The position numbers and the translations under genes are program-made. A stretch of DNA of 64,000 bases, taken from Clostridiaceae bacterium. Lineage in GTDB: Bacteria > Bacillota > Clostridia > Acetivibrionales > DTU013. Every line of letters starts with the position of its first letter. Position 1 is the first letter of the stretch. The stretch covers positions 2,139 to 66,138 of the forward strand of contig JBDKVA010000076.1 in NCBI GenBank assembly GCA_039679375.1, written 5' to 3'. Shown here one piece after another: positions 1 to 9,354 of the stretch. Under the pieces are notes generated by a model. That model searched no databases, was not told where the DNA came from, and worked only from the letters and a program-made list of their open reading frames with translations.

Positions 1-700
1 TGTTATTTTCATCAAGGATAAAAATTGAACCCTGGTTTATCCATTTGCCCTTTTTGACAACATCCTGAATCATGCCTTTGTTAATTACTACAGAAACGGT
101 TGCCAATGATTCCTTCTGGTTGCCCAAAGGCAATGAAAGCATATAAATAATCACGTCATATTCCAGTCCGTTGGGATTTAGCTTCTTTGCCGGTAAATAT
201 TTGCCGTTGCTTTGCTCTTCGATTAGAGTACGCCACATATTTATCGGGAGGTCATCGCTTTGAAATGTATTTTTATAAAAGCTTTCAATATCGTATTTCC
301 CGTTTGGCGACAAAATGATATTGCTATTTTTCAGATAAATAAAAAAATTGTCAATGAAATCGTTTAGTACATAATATGTACTGAAATCATTTATAATTTG
401 ATATATTTCATATTGATATTCACTTGCATATGAGTACTGTTCATAAAGCTGTTTCTGAATACGCGGATTTAGTGCGATATGAAGGCTTAATTGCTTAACC
501 TCCGATAATTTACCGTCTATACCTTCCTGTAGGTGCTTTAGCGTAGATGCATTGGCAGCGTTGATTTCGTTTTCAATGATATTAGCCGCGGCAAAATAAA
601 TGCCGAATCCGACAAGAACCGGAATTAATAAAATTAGAAAATATGAAATTAGCCATGATACAAAAATTCCCCTTTTTTTAAATAAGCTTTTAATACCCAT
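1..700 (-). CDS. Membrane sensor protein, N-terminal ~233 aa; probably a YesM-type two-component sensor histidine kinase (C-terminus lies beyond the window start)
   Basis: Absent from the ORF track because it runs off the window. Hand translation from ATG (complement 698-700) gives MGIKSLFKKRGIFVSWLISYFLILLIPVLVGFGIYFAAANIIENEINAANASTLKHLQEGIDGKL..., open down to position 1. It has a basic N-terminus, one TM helix and then an extracytoplasmic region, as in YesM-like kinases found beside LplABC-type sugar ABC systems. The kinase core is not visible. Confidence 0.45.
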   Translation of the reverse strand, partial: MGIKSLFKKRGIFVSWLISYFLILLIPVLVGFGIYFAAANIIENEINAANASTLKHLQEGIDGKLSEVKQLSLHIALNPRIQKQLYEQYSYASEYQYEIYQIINDFSTYYVLNDFIDNFFIYLKNSNIILSPNGKYDIESFYKNTFQSDDLPINMWRTLIEEQSNGKYLPAKKLNPNGLEYDVIIYMLSLPLGNQKESLATVSVVINKGMIQDVVKKGKWINQGSIFILDENN

Positions 701-1006
701 TTATGGCCCCCGTTTTGTTTATAGCGAGTTATTGGCTATTAACCGGCTGTTAGCTAAACTATTCTGCATCGATAGTTTATCAAAGTCTATATCATATTTT
801 ATAGCATAATAAAGCTCAGTTGCAATTTTTTCCCCAATAGAACAGAACACAGATAATCTGGTGAAATTATCTGTGCCGGGTATACCGTATAGATGTTAGT
901 TCCGTTTATTACCGGAAAATACTGTTGCAAGTGCTGCGATCATGTGTGTCAAAACAGCGGAAATAACCGGAAACCGGCTGCTTGAAAGGCCCCGCATCAG
1001 CTGTGG

Positions 1007-1885
1007 TTAACTTTTTATTGCTCCTATTAAAGCGCCTTTGACAAAGTACTTCTGTAGGAACGGATATATACACAGAATCGGCACTGTAGCTACTATTATG
1101 GAAGAATAACGTACAGTCTGGGCTATGGCTGTCTTTTCGTTGCTTGCATCAAATATGGACTGGTCCTGCAGATCCAGATCTACAAGAAGCTTTCTAAGTA
1201 CCATCTGCAATGGATATTTTTTTTCGTCGTTTAAATAAATCAATGCGCTGAAATAGGTATTCCAATGTGCAACCGCGCAAAACAGAGATATAACCGCCAG
1301 TATCGGCTTGGATAAAGGAAGTATGATCTTGTAAAAAGCATACCATTCACCCGCTCCGTCTATTTTTGCCGCTTCCTGAATCTCTTCTGGAATAGCTTCT
1401 AAAAACGTGCGCACCAGAATAAGATTGTATGTACTTATGGCCGATGGCAATATAAGCGCCCACATCGAATCTATAAGGCCGAGTCCCCTGACTACCAGAA
1501 AAGTCGGAACCAGACCGCCGTTAAACCACATTGTAAAGGCAAAAAACATCATAATGGTATTTCTGACTTTAAATTGCCTTCTCGAAAGAGGGTATCCGGT
1601 AATAAAGGTCAGAAATAAATTTACCAGCGTACCTACTGTCACATATACGATTGTATTGCGGTAAGATAACCAGATTTCGGCGTCGTTTATAACCCTTCTG
1701 TAAGCTTCAAGGGTAATCTTTTTAGGGAAGAGGAATATGCTTCCCTTTATAACTTCGTCGGGATCGCTTATTGAACAGCTCAATATATACAGCATAGGAT
1801 ATAAGGTTATTATAACAATAAATATAACGAACGCATAAGCTGCCAACTTAAATGCCATATCGCCCTTATTCAATTTTTTTGCCAT
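1007..1885 (-). CDS. Carbohydrate ABC transporter permease (LplC/YtcP-like)
   Basis: 292-aa multi-TM ORF with an EAA-type loop 'EAAKIDGAGEWYAFYKIILPLSKP'. It lies 15 nt downstream of the partner permease. Confidence 0.85.
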   Translation of the reverse strand: MAKKLNKGDMAFKLAAYAFVIFIVIITLYPMLYILSCSISDPDEVIKGSIFLFPKKITLEAYRRVINDAEIWLSYRNTIVYVTVGTLVNLFLTFITGYPLSRRQFKVRNTIMMFFAFTMWFNGGLVPTFLVVRGLGLIDSMWALILPSAISTYNLILVRTFLEAIPEEIQEAAKIDGAGEWYAFYKIILPLSKPILAVISLFCAVAHWNTYFSALIYLNDEKKYPLQMVLRKLLVDLDLQDQSIFDASNEKTAIAQTVRYSSIIVATVPILCIYPFLQKYFVKGALIGAIKS

Positions 1886-1900
1886 TTTTTCTACCTTCCT

Positions 1901-2881
1901 TTACCAAAGACTTACTTCATTTATACGCTTACTGAGACGATTAACAAATAGCAGCAGTATATAGCTTAAAACAGCCTGGAATAATCCTACGGCGGTAGCA
2001 TAGCTGTAACTGCCGTCCGCAAGACCGCGCCGGTACACATATGAACTTATTACGTCGGACGTCTCGTAATTCAACGGGTTATACATAAGAATGATTTTTT
2101 CGTAACCTACACTGAAAAGGTGGCCTAGCTGCAGCAAAAGCATTATTACTATAGTTTCTTTTATGCCGGTAAGTGAAATGTGCCACATCTGACGGAGCTT
2201 GCTTGCGCCGTCCACTGTAGCTGCTTCGTACAAGCCGGGATCTATACTGCTTAACGCGGCTAAATATATAATTGATCCCCAGCCTATGCCCTGCCATATA
2301 CCGGATAAAATGTACATAGGCCGGAACCAGGCCGGATCTGTCATGAACGGAATCGCTTTTAAGCCTATTTTCATAAGCAGAGTATTTACAATACCGGTTG
2401 AGGGCGACATGAAGTTTACAAATATTCCAACTACGACGACTGTCGATATAAAATGCGGCATATAGCTGATAGTTTGCGAAATTTTTTTAAATTTCGCGCT
2501 CTTGATTTCGTTCAGCATTAAAGCCAGTATGATAGGAGCCGGAAATGCAAAAATAATATAAAAAATATTCAGGAGCAGGGTATTTTTTAACGTCCTGAAG
2601 AAATATATGGACTGGCAGTAATCAATAAACCATTTGAAGCCTACCCATGGTCCCGCCAAAAGTCCGCGGAAAGGCGAGTAATTTTCAAACGCAATAACTA
2701 TTCCATATACGGGTAAATAAAGAAAGATTACGTACCAGACTATTCCGGGCAATATCATAAGCCATAATATTTTATTATGCTTAAGCTGCCCCATGGTTCT
2801 TGTAAGAAAAGACTTGGTTTCACAATTTACCTGCCCATTGTCCGCACTGATGTCAGGTAAGTTATTATTTGCTGCATTCAT
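1901..2881 (-). CDS. Carbohydrate ABC transporter permease (LplB/YteP-like)
   Basis: 326-aa multi-TM ORF with an EAA-type loop 'EAATVDGASKLRQMWHISLTGIKETI'. It is in the same operon as the binding protein and the second permease. Confidence 0.85.
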   Translation of the reverse strand: MNAANNNLPDISADNGQVNCETKSFLTRTMGQLKHNKILWLMILPGIVWYVIFLYLPVYGIVIAFENYSPFRGLLAGPWVGFKWFIDYCQSIYFFRTLKNTLLLNIFYIIFAFPAPIILALMLNEIKSAKFKKISQTISYMPHFISTVVVVGIFVNFMSPSTGIVNTLLMKIGLKAIPFMTDPAWFRPMYILSGIWQGIGWGSIIYLAALSSIDPGLYEAATVDGASKLRQMWHISLTGIKETIVIMLLLQLGHLFSVGYEKIILMYNPLNYETSDVISSYVYRRGLADGSYSYATAVGLFQAVLSYILLLFVNRLSKRINEVSLW

Positions 2882-3004
2882 TTGGGGTTGTCTCCTTTGA
2901 CCTTTTAATTATTTAATCCGGACTTTGCTCAGATTATGAACAGAGGCAGGGTAGAAACGCAGACAATCTTGCTGATTGCCTGCGTTTCCTGTATTAAATA
3001 TGAC

Positions 3005-4621
3005 TTATTTGCCGCTGTTTGAGAGGTATTTACGGTAAGCCTCATTATATATAGTAAGAAGCTTATCTACACCTAACTTGCTAAAGCCGCTTACATAACT
3101 GTCATAGCTGGATATGGGCGAAGCTCCGGTAATAAGCTTGCTCAGGTTTTCCTCTATATATGTATCCAGCTGGGTCAGGGTTGACGCTTTTATGCTCTGA
3201 TGCTCTTCACTAAGAGGAAGATTCGGAAATGCGGCTTCTATAACATTTGATTTCGTATATAAGTTGTATGCGTCATAGTAAGTTTGATCCGTTGTCGCTG
3301 CGCTGTCGGAAAGACGGGATATAACCGGTACGGCTATTCCAAACACTCTCTGCGGATTTTGTTTGGGATCATCGTATACTATTCTTTCAGGTTTGCCGTT
3401 TACCATTTTATAGGTAGAATCTTCGATACCGAATAAGTTCAGCAGATTGCCTTCGTCGCTGTAGCAGTAATCTATCCACTTCATTGTAGTTTCAATATTT
3501 TTATTGTCCTTACTGATCAAAAGCTTTTGGATCATCAAAGGCTGTGGATCCTCCTTGAATTGGTCTCCATAAGGTCCCTTAACCGGAAGCATCGGAACGA
3601 ATTTTTTGTTCGGATCCTCCTTTTTGAGTATGTTATTGGCATTAATTGCACCGCTTTGCGACCAGCAGTACATCGCTCCCACTTTATCGCTGCTGGCTTT
3701 CGATTTGAATTGATCGCTTTTTGTCGTTGAGAATTCCGGATCGATTAGTCCTTCATCATATAATTTCTTAATCCAATTAAGAGCTTCCAGCTGCCTGTCT
3801 TTATCATCCACAGGTCCGAATTTTATTGTTTGATCCTTTGCCACATAGAAACCCTTGTGGACTCCGAAAGCGCTCATTAAGGCTCTTAAGTCTGCAACTC
3901 TGTGATGGTCGCAGCAGAACGGTATTTCATCCTTCTGGTTGTTTCCGTTGGGGTCATTTTCTTTAAACGCTTTGAGCATGCCGTAGTACTCATCTGTTGT
4001 CGCCGGTATTTTTAAGTTTAGTTTTTTCAGCCAATCTTCCCTTACATAATAGACTTCACCCATGTAGTCGTCTGAAAACTGCGGAAATGCATAAATATGC
4101 CCGTCTCCTGCCGACAATTCAGCTTTAATGTTCGGAATAGGAAATGGGGGGTTATCCAATATTGCCTGGAAATGCGGAGCATATTGCTTGATAAGGTCTT
4201 CAAGCGGTACGAATGCGCCCTGCATTGCATATTTGTAACAAACGGTCATATCTGTGTAATTTATCAGATCGGGTAAATTTCCCGACAGCATGATGAGATT
4301 GAATTTGTCGGCTGCGCCCGACGCAGGCAGCAGTGTCCACTCAAGATGCACGTTTGTTCTTTTTTCCAACTCTTTAAAGGTCGGAAGATCATTGCTTATA
4401 GTGGTCGATGTCAGCGATGTCGTTAAAATTGTCAATGTCACCGGGGCATCTGCAATCGGCAGCTTGACAGAACCTTCTGCTGTCGTGCTTTCTGCTGCCG
4501 TGCTGACCGTACTTGAGGCGGTGCCTGTATCAATGTCAGCTTGTTTACCGCAGCCGCCCAATGAAAATAACATCATTAGTACAAGCAGAAGCACGGTGAT
4601 TTTGGTAATACTTTTTTTCAT
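3005..4621 (-). CDS. Extracellular solute-binding lipoprotein of the sugar ABC transporter (LplA-like, large family-1 SBP)
   Basis: 538 aa. It has a signal peptide with lipobox 'LFSLGGC', then a Ser/Thr/Ala-rich linker. Its size and position upstream of two permeases are typical of LplA-type binding proteins. Confidence 0.8.
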   Translation of the reverse strand: MKKSITKITVLLLVLMMLFSLGGCGKQADIDTGTASSTVSTAAESTTAEGSVKLPIADAPVTLTILTTSLTSTTISNDLPTFKELEKRTNVHLEWTLLPASGAADKFNLIMLSGNLPDLINYTDMTVCYKYAMQGAFVPLEDLIKQYAPHFQAILDNPPFPIPNIKAELSAGDGHIYAFPQFSDDYMGEVYYVREDWLKKLNLKIPATTDEYYGMLKAFKENDPNGNNQKDEIPFCCDHHRVADLRALMSAFGVHKGFYVAKDQTIKFGPVDDKDRQLEALNWIKKLYDEGLIDPEFSTTKSDQFKSKASSDKVGAMYCWSQSGAINANNILKKEDPNKKFVPMLPVKGPYGDQFKEDPQPLMIQKLLISKDNKNIETTMKWIDYCYSDEGNLLNLFGIEDSTYKMVNGKPERIVYDDPKQNPQRVFGIAVPVISRLSDSAATTDQTYYDAYNLYTKSNVIEAAFPNLPLSEEHQSIKASTLTQLDTYIEENLSKLITGASPISSYDSYVSGFSKLGVDKLLTIYNEAYRKYLSNSGK

Positions 4622-4995
4622 TTTTTATATCCCCCTTTTATATTTTAAGTCTTACGACTTAATTTTCTTGTTGAGGAAAAACGGAGTCCCATAAAAGGTA
4701 AGTCTCATATCATATGAAAGAGCATAATTTATCTTAACTTTTATTTCAATAATCATTATTATTTTTAGTATTCAAATTCTGATAAAGAGCTGGGGAAAAT
4801 ATGGGTTTATGTTGTTGCCATGTGGTTTGTTCAAATGGTTTACAAAGCACTCACTTTATAGTATCTTTTAGTAAGGGTATGGCAAAATGAAAATACACCA
4901 GCACTTTATTTACCTATTCATCACAAAGATATATTAGAAACGTAAAATATGCTGCACGATCTGTAACTTATAATATTAGGAGGTACGGAGAAAAA

Positions 4996-6384
4996 ATGAC
5001 TGAAACGATTGCGGATGAGTTCCTGAAAGTGTTTGACGAGAGCCGTTTCCCTAGAGACTTTTTACAAATGTATGAACCGATGGAATGTATGGCGCATAAT
5101 CAGATGGGCGAAACCCTGCTCGTCAGGGACAGACAAACCGGGTCGTTCTTCGTGGCAAAATGCTATGCCGATCAATCGCTTTTTTCAAGTAGAACTGAAA
5201 GTGAACTGCTCAAAGATCTTCACCATGAAGGATTACCGGCGTTTATTGGAGAATATCAAAACGAAGCGGTGCTGTGCGTTGTACGGGAGTACGCCGAAGG
5301 GCTGCCTCTGGATAAATATGTGCGGAACGGCAGCCTTTCAGAACAACAGATCATATCCATAGGTGTACAACTTTGCGATATTCTTGCACATCTGCATGGA
5401 CACATGCCGCCCATTATTCACAGGGATATTAAACCGCAAAACATTATTATTGACCAAAACGGTAAAGTCAAGCTCATTGATTTTGGCATTTCCCGCGTTT
5501 ATAATAAGGAGGCTAAAGCCGACACCGTATTTTTCGGGACGCAGGAATTTTCGCCGCCGGAGCAATATGGCTTTTCGCAGACCGATTGCCGCTCGGATAT
5601 TTTTTCCCTTGGCGTGGTGCTCTTATGGATGCTTACGGGCGAAACCGGCGTGGAAGCTGCCAGGGACAAGGTACGAAACAAGCGGCTTTACCACGTTGTC
5701 CGCAAGTGCACCGCATTTGCTCCGAAAGATCGTTACGCCGGAGCCGAAGCGGTAAAGAGGGCGCTTTTGCGGTCGCGTCCCGTGGCTCTGAAGAGAGATC
5801 GGATACTGTCGGCCGTTGCGGGAGTACTTGCCGTGGCGCTTTGCGTTACAGGGGGCGTTATGTGGCATAACTATAATTCACGTGAAATTTTTACAGAGGA
5901 CCATATTCCTGCCTATATTACATCTAAAGATTTGGTGGAGGAATCGGTAGAGTACTTAAACGAAAAATATGCGACAGACCTGTTTGCCGCCAGCGATGAA
6001 ATCACAAACATGGGATATGTCCGCAAGCTGCTGGCAGAAGTGTTCGGGTATGATAAAGAATATGCCTATGCTATGCCGCCGGAGGACTCGCCCTATCCCC
6101 ATGAAAGCGAGAGTAATTTCTTCCCATGGGGGCTGCCGGAAACGGAATCCGTACCAAAAGATGTCATGACCTATACCGCCGTCAAAATTTTCTGGCCGGA
6201 TGTGATTACGGATTATTCAAGCCTCAAGGACGACAACGGTGTTTACCCGGGCGTCCGCGTGGCAACGACTTTTGCAGAGGAACACGGTATACTGAACGGC
6301 ATTAACCGTCCGGCTCATCTTACCTACGGCGATATCGCGGCTATTCTGGCAAATGCGGACAAAGAGAAACAATCCGAAAAATAA
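4996..6384 (+). CDS. Hanks-type Ser/Thr protein kinase with one TM helix and an uncharacterised extracytoplasmic C-terminal domain
   Basis: GGAGG RBS upstream. Motifs seen are 'FVAKCY' (catalytic Lys region), 'HRDIKPQNIII', 'DFGIS' and 'GTQEFSPPE'. The TM segment is 'ILSAVAGVLAVALCVTGGVMW'. No PASTA repeats are recognisable in the C-terminal part. Confidence 0.85.
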   Translation: MTETIADEFLKVFDESRFPRDFLQMYEPMECMAHNQMGETLLVRDRQTGSFFVAKCYADQSLFSSRTESELLKDLHHEGLPAFIGEYQNEAVLCVVREYAEGLPLDKYVRNGSLSEQQIISIGVQLCDILAHLHGHMPPIIHRDIKPQNIIIDQNGKVKLIDFGISRVYNKEAKADTVFFGTQEFSPPEQYGFSQTDCRSDIFSLGVVLLWMLTGETGVEAARDKVRNKRLYHVVRKCTAFAPKDRYAGAEAVKRALLRSRPVALKRDRILSAVAGVLAVALCVTGGVMWHNYNSREIFTEDHIPAYITSKDLVEESVEYLNEKYATDLFAASDEITNMGYVRKLLAEVFGYDKEYAYAMPPEDSPYPHESESNFFPWGLPETESVPKDVMTYTAVKIFWPDVITDYSSLKDDNGVYPGVRVATTFAEEHGILNGINRPAHLTYGDIAAILANADKEKQSEK

Positions 6385-6400
6385 ATTTCCAAATATCTTG

Positions 6401-6429
6401 AAAGGTGTGCAGCCAGCACACCTTTTTTT
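6401..6429 (+). terminator. Rho-independent terminator after the kinase gene
   Basis: aaaGGTGTGCagccaGCACACCttttttt is a perfect 7-bp GC-rich stem extended by A/T pairs, followed by a T7 run. It lies 17 nt after the stop codon. Confidence 0.8.
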
Positions 6430-6495
6430 GTTGTATAAATTGTACAATTTATTTGTCAATGACAGATTGGCAAATCATAAAAAGGAGAATGATTT

Positions 6496-7773
6496 ATGAA
6501 GCAAAAAGCGAAGGGCATTATTTCTCTTATCCTGATGCTGGCCTTGGGCCTTACGATGTTTATCCCGGCATACGCTGCAAATAGTGCGGAAGCAGAGATA
6601 AAAGCGGAGGCGCTGAAGCAGCTCGGACTTTTCAAAGGTGTGTCCGACACCGACTTTGATCTAAAAAGGACCCCAACCCGCACGGAAGCGCTGGTCATGC
6701 TGATCCGCGTACTCGGCAGGGAATCGGAGGCTCTAAACGGAACCTTTACGCATCCGTTTACCGATGTACAGCCGTGGGCGGACAAATATGTCGGGTATGC
6801 ATATGAAAAAGGCCTGACCAAAGGAATATCTGCAACAGAATTCGGCGTCGGCAGCGCCAGCTCCGATATGTACCTGACCTTTGTGCTGCGCGCGCTGGGC
6901 TATGACGATTTAAAAGGAGACTTTACCTGGGATGAGCCTGATACGCTTGCCGCGGCTGTTGGCATTCTTCCAGGCGGCGTGGATACGGAGAATTTCCTGC
7001 GCGCGGACGTGGCGCTTGTATCCTGGGAAGCAGTGAAGGCGGATATGAAGGGCGGAAGCCAAACACTGGCGAAGAAACTGATATCGGAAAGCATATTTTC
7101 AAGCGATGATTACGCGGCCGCACAGCAGCTTGTAAACGAGCAGGCGCCGAAGTCCGTTTCCGTCTCTACTGCCGGGGAGCTTCAAGCTGCTTTGACGGAT
7201 TCAACAGTAAAAGCCGTCACAATTGATTCCATAGGAACCCCGGTTGTTGTCACAGGCAAGCTGACCATTTCGGAGGGTGTTACATTAACGGTCAATCGCG
7301 GTAACGATTTCTATATCGAGGGCACACTGACAAACAACGGCACAATCCGCATACTTGGCGCCGATTCCGTTAGCAACGATTTCATTAACTATTCTGTAAT
7401 GTCCGTTAAAAATGGCGGCAAAGTCATCAATAACGGGGCGCTGAGACTGTGCGCGGCGAAGATCGGGGATACCGAAGACCGCGGCCCGGTAGGCGGGCAG
7501 CTCCGGGTTTTCGACGGCACGTTAAACAATGCGGGCTCTGTCTATCTTGAAGCCGGAATAGTTAACACGCACGGCGGCGTGACCGCTGTAGTTGGCGGTA
7601 CGTTTACAAACGATGCAACGGTGGTCGTGGACGGTTTCTTCCTTCGTATCGAAAGCGGATCTTTTATCAACAACACCGGCGCGGTCGTGATCAACAATAC
7701 TAACATTATTACGGAAGGGACCGGGGTATTTACAAATAACGGCACACTTTCAGGAAAAGCTGTCAACGGGTGA
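6496..7773 (+). CDS. Secreted surface protein with SLH-like repeats and a C-terminal N/G/T-rich repeat (beta-helix-like) region
   Basis: Signal peptide 'MKQKAKGIISLILMLALGLTMFIPAYA'. SLH-like segments include 'FTDVQPWADKYVGYAYEKGLTKGISATEFGVGSASSDMYLTFVLRALGY'. Degenerate repeats follow: 'TLTNNGTIRILG', 'KVINNGALRL', 'TLNNAGSVYLE', 'TFTNDATVVVDG', 'SFINNTGAVVINN', 'VFTNNGTLSG'. Confidence 0.65.
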   Translation: MKQKAKGIISLILMLALGLTMFIPAYAANSAEAEIKAEALKQLGLFKGVSDTDFDLKRTPTRTEALVMLIRVLGRESEALNGTFTHPFTDVQPWADKYVGYAYEKGLTKGISATEFGVGSASSDMYLTFVLRALGYDDLKGDFTWDEPDTLAAAVGILPGGVDTENFLRADVALVSWEAVKADMKGGSQTLAKKLISESIFSSDDYAAAQQLVNEQAPKSVSVSTAGELQAALTDSTVKAVTIDSIGTPVVVTGKLTISEGVTLTVNRGNDFYIEGTLTNNGTIRILGADSVSNDFINYSVMSVKNGGKVINNGALRLCAAKIGDTEDRGPVGGQLRVFDGTLNNAGSVYLEAGIVNTHGGVTAVVGGTFTNDATVVVDGFFLRIESGSFINNTGAVVINNTNIITEGTGVFTNNGTLSGKAVNG

Positions 7774-7803
7774 TCCGACGGCAATAATAAAGGGAGGAAA
7801 ATC

Positions 7804-9333
7804 ATGCCGCATGCCGCGCAAAATCTAAAAACCGTGATGGGCTATTTTAGTATCACGAACAGTGAGCTTTCACGTGCGCTGGCGGTTGATCCCTCTCTCA
7901 TCAGCCGTTGGCTGAATGGGCAGCGTAAGCTTAATGCCGCGAGTATCTCCATGGACGCGCTTGCAGAATTCATACTATCGAAAAGCAAGCGCGTTCATGA
8001 CATTGAATGGCTGAAAGCGCAATTCGAAAAGGATGGACTGCCCACCGATCTTTCCACGGTATACCGTATAAAACAGAATCTCATTATGTGGCTGGCCTCT
8101 GACGGCGAGGCGCTGCGGCACAATCTTGGAAAAACGCCATCCATGCCGTGTTTTCAAAAGAACGTAATAAAAACGCCGGCTCATTCTGCTATTTACACAG
8201 AAGGTGCGGTAAAGATCGGTTGCCTGGAGCTTGCCCTGGGGCTTACACCGCTGCTTTCCGTGCTGCCCGGCGGCTCCGGCGTAGATATCTTCCTGTCCAA
8301 TGACGAAGTTATGACAATCGTCGCCGAAGATTTTTCACGTCTGCTTCTGCAAACGATCGGGGAAAAACAACTAAAAGTCAGATTGCTCATTTGCATTTCG
8401 GGCAATACACAGGCAATGTCGCAAATTATTGATACCTATATGCAGCCGCTTGTATCGGGGTATATCCGGCTGTCGCTGGTACATGGCATGACGCAGACCG
8501 TCACAAACCAGATGCACCTTATCATCCCCGGAAAATACTCGGTGCTGGTTACCGAAGCACCTAAGGCAGCCGCGCCGCCGGTGGCTACCATCGTGAGCGA
8601 GGAAACATTCGTAAAAGAAATGCAATCAAGCTTTGAACGCGCCATCCGCTACGCTCAGCCGGTATTGAACATCTACGACGACAATTATTCCCGCAATATC
8701 CTTGAAATTCTGTATGCCGAGTTTGCTGCTCCCGGCAATCTTGATATCGTTAAGGACAATATCAATCCAATGTATATGACTGCCGACGATTATGATCGTT
8801 TTTTGCGTACGCACGGGTACAGCGAAGCGGAATTCGCATGGCGAAGCGCGGAGTTTAAACGCTTTAAGACCGGCATGGATGATACGCTGAAAGGCGGCGC
8901 GGTGTTCCGGGAAATTTTATCCCTTAGGCGGCTGAATCAAATCGCACAGGATGGCTGCTGCCGTATGCCGGGACTGTACTTTATGAAAAAAGGCTTTGTG
9001 AAATTGGATAAAGAGGGCTGCGCCGCAATTTTGAACGGGTACATCCGCTGCCTCGAAACCGTGCCGAATTTTCATGTACTGATACTTGACGACATTACAA
9101 TGATGCATACCGACAACTGCTGGCAGCTGAAACAAAACCACCATTTAGCCATAAATCACTGGAGCGGCGGCGAACCGGTGATGATCCATTGTGATCAGCT
9201 CATGATTTTACGCGAATTTCAGGCATACTTTGATAACCTGTGGGCACAGGGGTCAGGATCACCGGGCAACCGAAACAATGTGATTGACATATTGCGTAAT
9301 CTGTCGGAGCGCATGGAAAATAGCAAGAGGTAG
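7804..9333 (+). CDS. XRE-family helix-turn-helix protein with a ~430-aa uncharacterised C-terminal region
   Basis: N-terminal 'ITNSELSRALAVDPSLISRWLNGQRKL' is a typical XRE/Cro-type HTH. It starts 30 nt after the SLH gene (GGAGG RBS), so the two are probably co-transcribed. Confidence 0.7.
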   Translation: MPHAAQNLKTVMGYFSITNSELSRALAVDPSLISRWLNGQRKLNAASISMDALAEFILSKSKRVHDIEWLKAQFEKDGLPTDLSTVYRIKQNLIMWLASDGEALRHNLGKTPSMPCFQKNVIKTPAHSAIYTEGAVKIGCLELALGLTPLLSVLPGGSGVDIFLSNDEVMTIVAEDFSRLLLQTIGEKQLKVRLLICISGNTQAMSQIIDTYMQPLVSGYIRLSLVHGMTQTVTNQMHLIIPGKYSVLVTEAPKAAAPPVATIVSEETFVKEMQSSFERAIRYAQPVLNIYDDNYSRNILEILYAEFAAPGNLDIVKDNINPMYMTADDYDRFLRTHGYSEAEFAWRSAEFKRFKTGMDDTLKGGAVFREILSLRRLNQIAQDGCCRMPGLYFMKKGFVKLDKEGCAAILNGYIRCLETVPNFHVLILDDITMMHTDNCWQLKQNHHLAINHWSGGEPVMIHCDQLMILREFQAYFDNLWAQGSGSPGNRNNVIDILRNLSERMENSKR

Positions 9334-9354
9334 TGCCTAAAGCCTGGGCTTTTG

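Noticed and set aside
600-809. 69-aa plus-strand ORF.
   Set aside because: It overlaps the N-terminus of the minus-strand sensor gene (start at 700) and its promoter region, and has no RBS.
4290-4694. 134-aa plus-strand ORF.
   Set aside because: It is antisense to the signal-peptide/linker region of the solute-binding lipoprotein gene.
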